DNA of 32,000 nucleotides from Desulfobulbus propionicus DSM 2032 (lineage in GTDB: Bacteria > Desulfobacterota > Desulfobulbia > Desulfobulbales > Desulfobulbaceae), in contig NC_014972.1 of NCBI RefSeq assembly GCF_000186885.1, forward strand, positions 1,080,001-1,112,000, in the 5' to 3' direction. Below, piece after piece: positions 9,231 to 17,700 of this stretch (the stretch's first letter is position 1; each line of letters starts with the position of its first letter). A model generated the notes under the pieces. It ran no database searches, was not told the origin of the DNA, and saw only the letters and a program-made list of their open reading frames with translations. The position numbers were made by a program, and so were the translations under genes.

Positions 9231-10406
9231 TCAAGGCTGGGCGAGGGATCCGGGCTTGAGCCAGAGGAGGGGATCCTCGGCCACGGCATCGTGGCGGATC
9301 TCAAAATACAGGCCGCTGCCGAACAGCGTGTCGGTGCTGCCGGTGGTACCGATGATCTGTCCTTGCGTGATCGGATCGCCTTGGCGTACCCGGATCGCGT
9401 CAAGTCGCGCGTAGACGGTGAAGTATTGCCCCTCGTGGTCGATGATGATCATCTTTCCGTATCCACGCATGGTATCGGCAAAGAGTACCGTTCCCTCATA
9501 GACGGCGTAGACCTCGGTCCGTTCGCCGGTGGCGATGGAGATACCGTTGGCGAACGTCATGTCGCCGTCGCTGGCGGAACTGTCGCGGAAGCGGGAGACC
9601 ACCTCGCCCCAGACCGGTGGCGACAGTTTTCCCTTGGTCAGTTGAAATCCCTGGCCCTTTTGCCCATTTGTCCTGGTGGTTGTCGCCAGGGTGGAGGCTA
9701 ACCGGTTCTCCGCCTTCCGCATCTCTTTGAGCGCTTGTTCGTACAGGTCTTTCTGGGTCTGGACGCGCTGCAACATCCGTTGTTTTTCTTCGGCGGCCTG
9801 CTGGAGAGCCGCATTCTCCTTGTCGGCGTCGGCCAGGAAATTTTCCAGCACTCCTTTTTCCAGTTCGCTCGATTGCCGCGTCCGCTGCAGGGTGGTCAGG
9901 CTTTCCCGGTAAGTCTTGAACAGCGCCTGGTCGTAGGTGATCAGCGAATGAAAGCCATCCAGGGTCAGAAGCAGATCCGGCAAGGGCTTACCGGAAAAGG
10001 TAACGTTGAGAAAACCGGTTCTGCCCATGATGTAAAAGGCCTTGAGGCGTTTGAGCAGGTGCTGGCGCAGGGCTTCGTTGCTTTCCATGAGAGACGCCAG
10101 TTCCCGTTCCTTGGCGGCCAGCACCTGTTCTTGTTGACGGATTTTTTCTTTGAATTCATCGACCTTGCCCTTGTGGACCGCGATTTTTTCCTCCATCTGC
10201 TGGAGTTCGTCGAGCAGGGACCGCTCCTCTTGGGCACTTTGTTCGAGCATCAGTTCCTGTTGCTTGATGCCGAAGCGGAGTTTGCCGATGTTGAGGGCCT
10301 CTGCATGGCCGCGTTCGGCCGTCTCGGCGGGGCAAGGCGACGGTGCCAGCAAGCCGGCGAGCATGACCGCAACGGTCAGCAATAGGTTCAGGAGGCGTTT
10401 GCTCAT
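9231..10406 (-). CDS. EnvC-like murein hydrolase activator (coiled coil + degenerate LytM/M23 domain)
   Basis: The track ORF extends to 10556, but that part overlaps ftsX. The ATG at 10406 gives the signal peptide MSKRLLNLLLTVAVMLAGLLA and overlaps the ftsX stop as ATGA. A long coiled coil is followed by an M23 fold (GKMIIIDHEGQYFTVYARL, GLYFEIRH). The Zn and catalytic positions are substituted: ANGISI replaces HxGxD, YARL replaces YxHL, and GLYFEI replaces HLHFE. This matches a non-catalytic activator. Confidence 0.85.
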   Translation of the reverse strand: MSKRLLNLLLTVAVMLAGLLAPSPCPAETAERGHAEALNIGKLRFGIKQQELMLEQSAQEERSLLDELQQMEEKIAVHKGKVDEFKEKIRQQEQVLAAKERELASLMESNEALRQHLLKRLKAFYIMGRTGFLNVTFSGKPLPDLLLTLDGFHSLITYDQALFKTYRESLTTLQRTRQSSELEKGVLENFLADADKENAALQQAAEEKQRMLQRVQTQKDLYEQALKEMRKAENRLASTLATTTRTNGQKGQGFQLTKGKLSPPVWGEVVSRFRDSSASDGDMTFANGISIATGERTEVYAVYEGTVLFADTMRGYGKMIIIDHEGQYFTVYARLDAIRVRQGDPITQGQIIGTTGSTDTLFGSGLYFEIRHDAVAEDPLLWLKPGSLAQP

Positions 10407-11290
10407 AGTTGGAGAAATCGTCTGATGGCCGAGAAACTGCCGGCAGCGCAGAGAAGGGTGGCGGCGCCGACAATCAGGAGGACCACCGGCCAGGAAAAGA
10501 AGGTGAACGACAGCAGGCTGGTTGTCGCCGGCCCGGCAAACTGCAGTTTGATCCAATTGAACAGCAGGAGGAGGGCCGCCATGCCAAGGCCTCCGCCCAG
10601 CAATCCCTGCATGGCGCCTTCCAGGAGATAGGGCGTGCGGATATAGTTGTTGGTGGCACCCACCAGACGGAGCAGTTCCAACTCCTGCTGCCGCGCCACC
10701 AGGGTCAGGCGGATGGTGTGGGCCACCATGAAGGTGGTGGTCATGATCAGCAGTGATCCGGAGAGCAGGATGACCACCCGGATCAGTTGGACGAACGAAT
10801 AGAAACGCTCAATCCATTCCTTGCCGTACTGGACCTTGAGCACGCCGGGCAATGTTTGCAGGTAGTCGGAAAAACGCTTGATCCGCGAGAGGCTGTCCAG
10901 GGATCGGATCGGATAGACCTCAATCGAAGGGGGCAGAAAATCGGTGGGGACGCCGGTCAGGATATCGCTGCTGTCGCCGAGCTGCCGTTCAAAGCGTTTG
11001 AAGGCCTGGAGGCTGTCGACGAATTCGATCCGTTCCACTTGGTCGAACTTGAGGATCTTGTCCCGGTACTCCTCCTGCATCGGAGGGGTCGGTTCCTCGT
11101 CGAGATAGACGATCAGCCGCAGGTCGTCGTCGAGCTCGCTGCCGATCTGCAGGGCATTGGCATAAATCAGATAGAAGAAGGAAAAGATCAGGACCGACAG
11201 GGAAACGGTGAACAGGGTCATGCATTGCGACTTCCAGGTCAGCAGCATGTTGCGGCAGGCATGGCGGAGCATAACAAGGAAAAAACGCAT
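10403..11290 (-). CDS. ftsX: Cell division ABC transporter permease FtsX
   Basis: 295 aa with an ATG at 11290. The layout is TM1, a large periplasmic loop, then three C-terminal TM helices (FtsX fold). It lies immediately downstream of ftsE (3-nt gap), and its stop overlaps the envC-like start. Confidence 0.9.
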   Translation of the reverse strand: MRFFLVMLRHACRNMLLTWKSQCMTLFTVSLSVLIFSFFYLIYANALQIGSELDDDLRLIVYLDEEPTPPMQEEYRDKILKFDQVERIEFVDSLQAFKRFERQLGDSSDILTGVPTDFLPPSIEVYPIRSLDSLSRIKRFSDYLQTLPGVLKVQYGKEWIERFYSFVQLIRVVILLSGSLLIMTTTFMVAHTIRLTLVARQQELELLRLVGATNNYIRTPYLLEGAMQGLLGGGLGMAALLLLFNWIKLQFAGPATTSLLSFTFFSWPVVLLIVGAATLLCAAGSFSAIRRFLQL

Positions 11291-11293
11291 CGA

Positions 11294-12043
11294 TCACACC
11301 TCGGAAACAGGGACGGAGCGTTCGTCGGATTCTGCATCTTCCGGCAATTCCGCATGCAGCGGAGAACGCAATCGGCCGCAATGGAGTTCAATCACCCGAT
11401 GGTCGTTCTGTTGGTACAGGGATTGGTCATGGGTGGCAATGACAATGGTGGTGCCCTGACGGTTGAGTTGATGGAACAGGGCCATCACCCGAGCGGTGGT
11501 TTCGGCATCCAGGTTGCCGGTTGGTTCATCGGCCAGAATGATTTCCGGCGAGTTGGCGACGGCGCGGGCAATGGCAATCCGCTGCTGTTCGCCCCGCGAC
11601 AGTTCTCCGGTTCGGGTGGCGTGCTTCCGGACCAGATCGAGCTGTTCGAGCAACTCCCGTGTTCGTTTTTCGATGAACGACCGGGAACGAAAAACAACCT
11701 CCATGGCAATGGCGATATTGTCGGCCACTGTCCGCTCCGGCAGCAGTTTGAAATCCTGGTAGGCCATGCCGATCTTGCGGCGGAGAAGATGGAGTTTGCG
11801 CGGCGGCAGTTTGGCGACATCGATGCCCGCCACATCGATCATCCCCTTGCTCGGTTTTTCCATCCGGCTGATCAGGCGCAACAAGGTGGTCTTGCCGGCG
11901 CCGCTCATGCCGGTGAGAAAAACAATTTCTCCCCTGCGGACCGTGAGCGAAACGTCGGTGATGGCCTGAACATCGGGGGGATAGATCTTGCTGACCTTGA
12001 TCAGGTCAATCATGACATCGGGTGGAGAGGTGTCCGTGCTCAT
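11294..12043 (-). CDS. ftsE: Cell division ATP-binding protein FtsE
   Basis: Walker A is GMSGAGKTT, the ABC signature is [15 protein letters not shown] and Walker B is [12 protein letters not shown]. The start is ambiguous among ATG 12043 ([14 protein letters not shown]), ATG 12013 ([11 protein letters not shown], closest to typical FtsE N-termini) and TTG 12100 (the track start, with AGGA 10 nt upstream). Confidence 0.88.
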   Translation of the reverse strand: MSTDTSPPDVMIDLIKVSKIYPPDVQAITDVSLTVRRGEIVFLTGMSGAGKTTLLRLISRMEKPSKGMIDVAGIDVAKLPPRKLHLLRRKIGMAYQDFKLLPERTVADNIAIAMEVVFRSRSFIEKRTRELLEQLDLVRKHATRTGELSRGEQQRIAIARAVANSPEIILADEPTGNLDAETTARVMALFHQLNRQGTTIVIATHDQSLYQQNDHRVIELHCGRLRSPLHAELPEDAESDERSVPVSEV

Positions 12044-12100
12044 TGGTTCGCTGGTGCCATGAAAGAAAAGAGAGGTAAGGACTTGGGCTGCATGCCGCAA

Positions 12101-12354
12101 GGCAACGGTATCCTGCTGCTAGATGTTTTTATATTTAAAAGATTAATATTTTTAAGTCCATAGCTTTTTCTCTCCGGATGTGCAACCGAAGCATGCCCTG
12201 GCAACACGGCCTCCGGCATCGCGGTGACGGCGCAACACTATAAAATCGTTTACGATCACTGAACGACCCGGTTATAGTTGTCGCCATCCGGCTGCTCTGC
12301 AGCAATGCCGCTTCCCTTGCGTATACCGCAGCGACCACAAAAAGGAGACCTGAG
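12101..12354. promoter_or_regulatory. Divergent promoter region between ftsE and the HAD gene, with an AT-rich island
   Basis: A striking AT-rich patch lies at about 12122-12156 (gatgtttttatatttaaaagattaatatttttaag) in otherwise GC-rich DNA. On the minus strand it reads TTAAAA (plus 12150-12155), 16 nt, then TATAAA (plus 12128-12133). On the plus strand, TTACGA (12250-12255), 17 nt, then TATAGT (12273-12278) precedes AAAGGAG (12341-12347) and the HAD start. Hexamer matching only. Confidence 0.3.
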
Positions 12355-13035
12355 TTGATGTGTTACAAGGCGGTCCTGTTTGATCTGGACGGAACCCTGC
12401 TCGATACCTTGGAGGACCTGGCCACGGCGGCCAACCGCGTTCTGGCCGTCCGCTCCCTGCCGGAGCATCCAGTGGCGGCCTATCGCTACTTTGTCGGCGA
12501 TGGGGTCACGACCCTGGCAGAGCGGATCCTTCCCGAAGCCTTGCGTTCCCCGGCAATGATTGCGGAGACGGTCGAGGCTTTTCAGCGGGAATACGCCGCC
12601 AACTGGCATGATCGCACCGCCCCCTATCCCGGGATCGCGACCATGCTCGACCATTTGACGACCATCGGCATGCGGCTGTGCATTCTTTCCAACAAGCCCG
12701 ACGGATTCACCCGGCTGTGCGTGGAACACCTATTGGCCGCATGGCGATTTGACCCACTTCTGGGACAGCGGCCCGACGTCCCCAAGAAACCCGATCCGGC
12801 CGCGGCACTGGAAATCGCCGCTTCCCTCGGCCTGGCGCCCGCGGAAGTGCTCTATGTGGGCGATACCGCCGTTGACATGCGCACCGCCCATGCCGCCGGC
12901 ATGAACGCGGTAGGCGTGTTGTGGGGTTTTCGGGAAGCTGACGAATTGCTGGCCGCCGGCGCCTGGCGGCTGATCAGCGAACCAATGGAACTGCCGCCGC
13001 TGCTCGCCCACTCCTCCCTTCACACCCCAGGTTGA
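12355..13035 (+). CDS. HAD-superfamily hydrolase, phosphoglycolate phosphatase-like (subfamily IA)
   Basis: HAD motif I is FDLDGTLLDT, motif II is ILSNKPD, motif III is KKPDP and motif IV is VGDTAVDMRTA. The start is TTG 12355 or the adjacent ATG 12358, and AAAGGAG lies at 12341-12347. Confidence 0.85.
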   Translation: MMCYKAVLFDLDGTLLDTLEDLATAANRVLAVRSLPEHPVAAYRYFVGDGVTTLAERILPEALRSPAMIAETVEAFQREYAANWHDRTAPYPGIATMLDHLTTIGMRLCILSNKPDGFTRLCVEHLLAAWRFDPLLGQRPDVPKKPDPAAALEIAASLGLAPAEVLYVGDTAVDMRTAHAAGMNAVGVLWGFREADELLAAGAWRLISEPMELPPLLAHSSLHTPG

Positions 13036-14645
13036 TTGCCGTGCTTGCCTTTGATTCTTCCCTGTTCACCGCCTTGGCCCATCCGTGCATCGGCGCCTTT
13101 ATTGGTTATCTGACCAACAAGATCGCCATCCGCATGCTGTTTCGCCCCCTGCAACCCTGGTATCTGTTTGGGGTCCAAGTGCCCATGACGCCCGGGGTCA
13201 TCCCCGCCAAGCGCCATGCCCTGGCGGCAAATATCGGCGAAATGGTCGGCCGGCATCTCCTCACCAGCAAAGATATCGGCGCCGCCGTCTCGCAAGAGCC
13301 GTTTCAAGAACATCTCAAAGAATTGGTGGACCGCAAGATCAAGGAGATCTTCCAGCAAGACCTCGGTTCCCTTCAGGACGTCATCCCCCGCCGCTTCAAG
13401 GCCTATTTCAAGGTCGGGATCAAGACGCTGAAATACCAGCTGGGCGAAGGTCTCAACAGCTATCTGGCCAGTGACGACTTTGAGGAAAAATTGAGGGGAG
13501 CGATCGCCAGTCGTCTGGAAGCCTTGGCCGACCGGGAATTGAACGCCCTGCTCGACCCGCACGACCGGCGCGACATTTATCTGTTTATCGACGAGGTGCT
13601 GCGGGAGCTGTTGCAGAACGGCCGGACCGAGATCTGGCTGGGTGACTATCTGGCCGCCAGTGTACGGCAATCGGCCGCCCAGGGACGCACCCTCGGCGAT
13701 CTGCTGCCGGAACAGCTGGTGCGTCTGCTCAAGGACTTCATCCACGACCATTGCGCCTCGATTTTGCGGGGAATGGGCGCGCAGGTGGCCGATCCGGTTC
13801 TTCGCGCCCAGTTGGTTGGGGGCATCGTGGCTGGGGTCGATCACTTTCTCGATGGACTCGGGCCGGTGGGCGCGATGGCCAAGGGCTTTCTCGAGATGGA
13901 CACCCTGGAGCGCAAGGTGGGCGAGTATCTGGTCGACAAGGAGGAGGACTTGATCGCCTGGCTGCAAAATGCCGAGGTCCAGGAGCGGATGGCCATGGTG
14001 TTGGAGCAACAGGTTGACAGCCTGTTGCAGAAACCGCTCGCGGAACTGGTGGCCAGGGGCGACGGGCAACGATTGACGGCCATCTGCCATCAATGCGCGG
14101 CGCAGTTGCTGGGCGTTTTCAAAACCGAGGGCACCCAGACTGGCCTCAAGGCTCTGTTGCATGTCAGCCTGGAGGATCTGTTCGATGACGGGCGAAGGCC
14201 ACTGGGCGATCTGGGGCAGCAGTTCTTTCCGGAGGACAATGGCGAGAAACTTCGCGAGGTGTTCATCCGGGAATGTGTCGCCCTCTGTCGATCGCACAAG
14301 AGCGCGCAATTGGCCAATACCATGCTCAAGTCGATGGTCGACAACCTGCTGGAGCGTCCGATCGGCAGACTGTACGACCTGGTCCCCCATGGAATCCGTC
14401 AGGGAATCAACGAATATGTGATTCTCCTTGCCAATCGCATGCTGCTCAAGGAGGTGCCCGGTCTGGTGGATTCCCTGAATATCCAGCGGATGGTCACTGA
14501 AAAAATCGACACCCTCGATTTGCTGCAACTCGAACGGCTGCTGCTGTCGATCATGGAGGAGCAGTTCAAATACATCAACCTGTTCGGGGCGCTCCTGGGT
14601 TTTTTCCTTGGCTTGATCAACCTGGTCTTGGTGGAATTTTTCTAA
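13032..14645 (+). CDS. DUF445-family membrane protein (long form)
   Basis: The N-terminal signature GAFIGYLTNKIAIRMLFRPLQPW and the C-terminal hydrophobic tail FKYINLFGALLGFFLGLINLVLV are the two conserved ends of DUF445 as I remember it. Third codon positions are G/C-rich in this frame. The start is TTG 13032, which overlaps the HAD stop as TTGA, or GTG 13041. A longer ORF on the opposite strand is rejected (see rejected list). Confidence 0.75.
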   Translation: MIAVLAFDSSLFTALAHPCIGAFIGYLTNKIAIRMLFRPLQPWYLFGVQVPMTPGVIPAKRHALAANIGEMVGRHLLTSKDIGAAVSQEPFQEHLKELVDRKIKEIFQQDLGSLQDVIPRRFKAYFKVGIKTLKYQLGEGLNSYLASDDFEEKLRGAIASRLEALADRELNALLDPHDRRDIYLFIDEVLRELLQNGRTEIWLGDYLAASVRQSAAQGRTLGDLLPEQLVRLLKDFIHDHCASILRGMGAQVADPVLRAQLVGGIVAGVDHFLDGLGPVGAMAKGFLEMDTLERKVGEYLVDKEEDLIAWLQNAEVQERMAMVLEQQVDSLLQKPLAELVARGDGQRLTAICHQCAAQLLGVFKTEGTQTGLKALLHVSLEDLFDDGRRPLGDLGQQFFPEDNGEKLREVFIRECVALCRSHKSAQLANTMLKSMVDNLLERPIGRLYDLVPHGIRQGINEYVILLANRMLLKEVPGLVDSLNIQRMVTEKIDTLDLLQLERLLLSIMEEQFKYINLFGALLGFFLGLINLVLVEFF

Positions 14646-14662
14646 CAGCATCGCACTGTGTC

Positions 14663-14697
14663 CGATCCTCCGGTACGGTCGTGAGGGATCGTTTTTT
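14663..14697 (+). terminator. Rho-independent terminator of the DUF445 gene
   Basis: The stem is CGATCCTC (14663-14670) paired with GAGGGATCG (14683-14691, one bulged G). The loop is 12 nt and is followed by T6 (14692-14697). It lies 18 nt after the stop codon. Confidence 0.65.
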
Positions 14698-14706
14698 CGC
14701 GCGCAC

Positions 14707-14744
14707 AAAAAAAGCCCCGCGCCTAATGGCGCAGGGCTTTTTTT
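14707..14744. terminator. Bidirectional rho-independent terminator between convergent genes
   Basis: The structure is A7 (14707-13), GCCCCGCGCC (14714-23), TAAT, GGCGCAGGGC (14728-37), then T7 (14738-44). The stem is 10 bp with one mismatch, flanked by an A-run and a T-run. It can therefore terminate the minus-strand coiled-coil gene (stop at 14769) as well as plus-strand read-through. Confidence 0.8.
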
Positions 14745-14768
14745 AACGGTCCCCGGTTTCGTGAGCGA

Positions 14769-17700
14769 TCAAGGGGTCATGGGGTGCAGTTCCACCCGCC
14801 GGTTTTTCTGCTTGCCCGCGGCGGTGGCGTTGTCGGCAATGGGATTTTCCTTGCCGTACCCCTTGGCGGTCAGCTGCGCGCGCGCGACCCCCTTGGTCTG
14901 CAAATAGTCGACCACGCTTTGGGCGCGTTGGGCACTCAGATCCAGATTTTTTTTCGGATCGCCGGCGGAATCGGTGTAGCCGGCCACCTCTACCCGCATC
15001 TGCGGGACGTGGGCGAGGGCAGCGGCGACGGTGTCCAGATTTTTGCGTGATTCCTGGGTGAAGACAGCGGTCCCCGAGGCGAAGTTCACCCCCTGGAGGA
15101 TGATGCCTTTGCCAGCCGGGCATCCCAGGCCGTTAACGGGGCTGCCGGCAGGTGATCCGGGGCAGAGGTCTGCGGCGTCGGCGACGCCATCCTTGTCCTG
15201 ATCGTCGGCTGCCGGCGTTGCGGCGGTTAGCGGGGCAACCGCCTCGGGTTGCGGCTGCGCCTTGAGCTGTTCCAGTTGTTTGCGCAACTCGGCGATGGTC
15301 GTTTGGCTGGCGGTGAGCGATTGCTGCAATCCGTCCTTTTCCGCCTGCAACGCCTGTGTTTTGCTCTCGGCGGCTTGAGCGTTTTCGGTCAGACTTTTTT
15401 TCATCTGCGCCGATGCCGCTTCCATCTGGGCGAGTTGATCACGCAGGGTGGCGATCTGCTGGTTGAGGGTGGGGACGAGATCCTGCTGCGCCTGTTTCTG
15501 GGCGGCGGCCAGTTGGTCTTCCAGGGCCTTGACCTTGCGGCTGTTTTCGCTCTGGGATGCACTCAGCTGCTGTACCGTTGCTTCGGCCTTTGCCGCCCGC
15601 TGCTCGGCCGCCTGCCTACCGGTCTGGGTTTCGGTCAGTTTGGCTTCCAGGGCGGCAATCTGCTGACCAGCCGCTGCCATTTCCTTGATTTTGGCCTCGG
15701 CCTGAGCCAAGGCAGCCGTCTTCTCATCAAGGGCCTTTTTCATGCCGTCAAGGTCTTGAACCTTTGCCTGGGCGGCGGCCAGCTGGCCGGTGAGGTCGGC
15801 CTTGATGCTCTCCAATTGTTTGACGGTGGTCTTGGTGGTATCAAACTGGGTGGTCAACTGGCTCAACTTACCCTGGAGGTTGGTCAACTCCTCACCCTGC
15901 TTGGCGGCTTTGGCCAGGGCAGCGGTTTTTTCCTCCACGGACTTGGTCAGTTCGGCGGTTTTGACGCGGAGGGCCGCCAACTGTTCCAACTCGGCCTTGG
16001 CTTTGCTCAAGGCTGCGGACTGCTCGTCAAAGGCGGTCTTGAGCGCCAGGAGATTTTTCTGATCCGCCTGCATGGCTGTCAGCCGACTGGCCAGACCGAG
16101 TTTCTCGTCGTTGAGCGCGGTCACCTTGGCGGCCAATTCCTTGAGCTGTGCCTGTGACCCCTTGAGCACGGTTTCCTTGTTATCGAGCTGTTGCTGTAGA
16201 GCCTCTTTGCTTTTCACTGTGGCGGCCAAGGTTTTTTCCGTTTCCGTCAAGGCGGCGCGAAGCGTTTTCTCTGCGGCTTCAAAAGTCGAAGCCTTCTGCT
16301 TGGCCTCGGCGGCCTCGGCCCTGGAGGCGTTCAATTCCTTGACCGTCGTGGTGTTCGTCTGATCAAGATCAGCCACCTGCTTGTCCAGGGCTGCAATCCG
16401 AGCGGCGGATTCCTGTTTGAGCCGCTCCAATTCCTTGCCTCGTTCATCCAGGAGGGCTTGCACCTTGGCCAGGGCCTGCGGGTGTGCCGCCACTTCCTGT
16501 TTAAGCGCTTGAATCGAGTCGAGCGCTTCGTTCAAAGCAGCGGTCTTTTCCTGGACGATCTTGCCCTGCGCCATTTTCTGCTCTTTAAGCAGAGCAATCT
16601 GCTGTTCCTTTTCGGTGATGGATTGCTGCAGGGCGTTGCTCTTGTCCTCGGCGGCTTTCTGCTGGGTCATGGCCACCTGCAACCGGTTGGCATTCTCCGC
16701 CAACTGGGTCTTGAGTTTGTCGGCCTCGCCGGTTTGCTCCTGGATCTGTTGCTGCAGGCTTTGAATCTGCGCCTCCTTGTCCTTGATGAACTGTTGCGCC
16801 TTGGCCGTATCGCCCTTGGCGGTTTCCAGTTGAGCCGTTGTTTCGGCCAGGTGGGTTTTCAGGCGGTCACCCTCGGCCTGCCGCTCCTGGAGCTGTTGCT
16901 GGGTGGTATGGAGAATACCTTCTTTTTCTTGGAGAAGTTGTTCCGCCTTTTTTCCGGAAGCTTGCAATTGGGCGATGGTTTCATTGAGGGCCGCCATGCC
17001 GGTTTTGGCTTGGGTCAACTCGCCGGCCAGTTGCTCCTTTTCGGCCGCGACCCCCTTCAGTGTAGTCATCTCGCCGTTTTGCTGTTCAATTTTCTGGCGC
17101 AGGCTCTGTACCAGAGATTCGTTTTCTCCAAGGACCTGCTGCTGTTTTGCGTGGTCGGTTTGCAGGGCATGCAAGGTCTGCTGCAGCTGGGCCAGGGCGT
17201 TTTTGGTGCCGGTCAACTCGGCGGCCAGCCGTTCCTTGTCGGCGGCCAGTGCTTTGAGCGCCTCGGCGTTCTTCTGCAACTCTTGCTTCATGGCGCTGAC
17301 CTCCTCGCTTGCCTCCTTGGCTGTGGTTTGTTGCTCCAAGGTGGCCTTGCGGGTCAGCAGATTTTTCTGATCTTCCTGCATGGCCGCGAGCTGACTGGCC
17401 AAGCCGAGTTTTTCGTCATTGAGCGTGGTGACCTTCGCGGTCAGCTCATTGAGCTGATGCTGCAAAAGACCCTTGCTCTCCATGGCTGCGGTCAATGATT
17501 GTTCGGTCTTGGCCAAGGCGGCTCGAAGAGGTTCCTGCGCGGCTTCGAGCGCGGCGGCTTTTTTCTTGGCCTCGGCGGCCTCGGTTTTGTAGGTGTCCAG
17601 CTCTTTCACCGCCTGTTCCCGCTCGGCGAGTTGTTTGCCCAACTCTGCGATGCGTTCCGCTGAAGCCTGTTTGAGGTGCTCCAACTCCGCGTTGCGTTCA

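Noticed and set aside
12044-12059. TGGCAC on the minus strand just upstream of the ftsE ATG (plus 12054-12059), and TGGCAC on the plus strand at 22582-22587, as sigma-54 promoters
   Set aside because: The -12 element is absent. It reads AACCA in one case and CACGG in the other, instead of TTGC, after the 5-nt spacer. The first abuts a start codon, and the second has no downstream plus-strand gene.
12135-12338. A 67-aa minus-strand ORF in the ftsE/HAD intergenic region
   Set aside because: It runs through the AT-rich promoter island. It has no Shine-Dalgarno, no recognisable fold or hydrophobic pattern, and odd composition. It is more likely non-coding promoter DNA.
13020-14708. A 562-aa ORF on the minus strand that is longer than, and fully covers, the DUF445 gene
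   Set aside because: Its first codon position coincides with the third position of the plus-strand gene. G/C-rich wobble positions in the real gene therefore suppress T-initiated stop codons in the antisense frame. The translation is Q/H/D/L/G-rich and has no recognisable motif. The plus-strand product has both DUF445 end signatures and proper terminators downstream.
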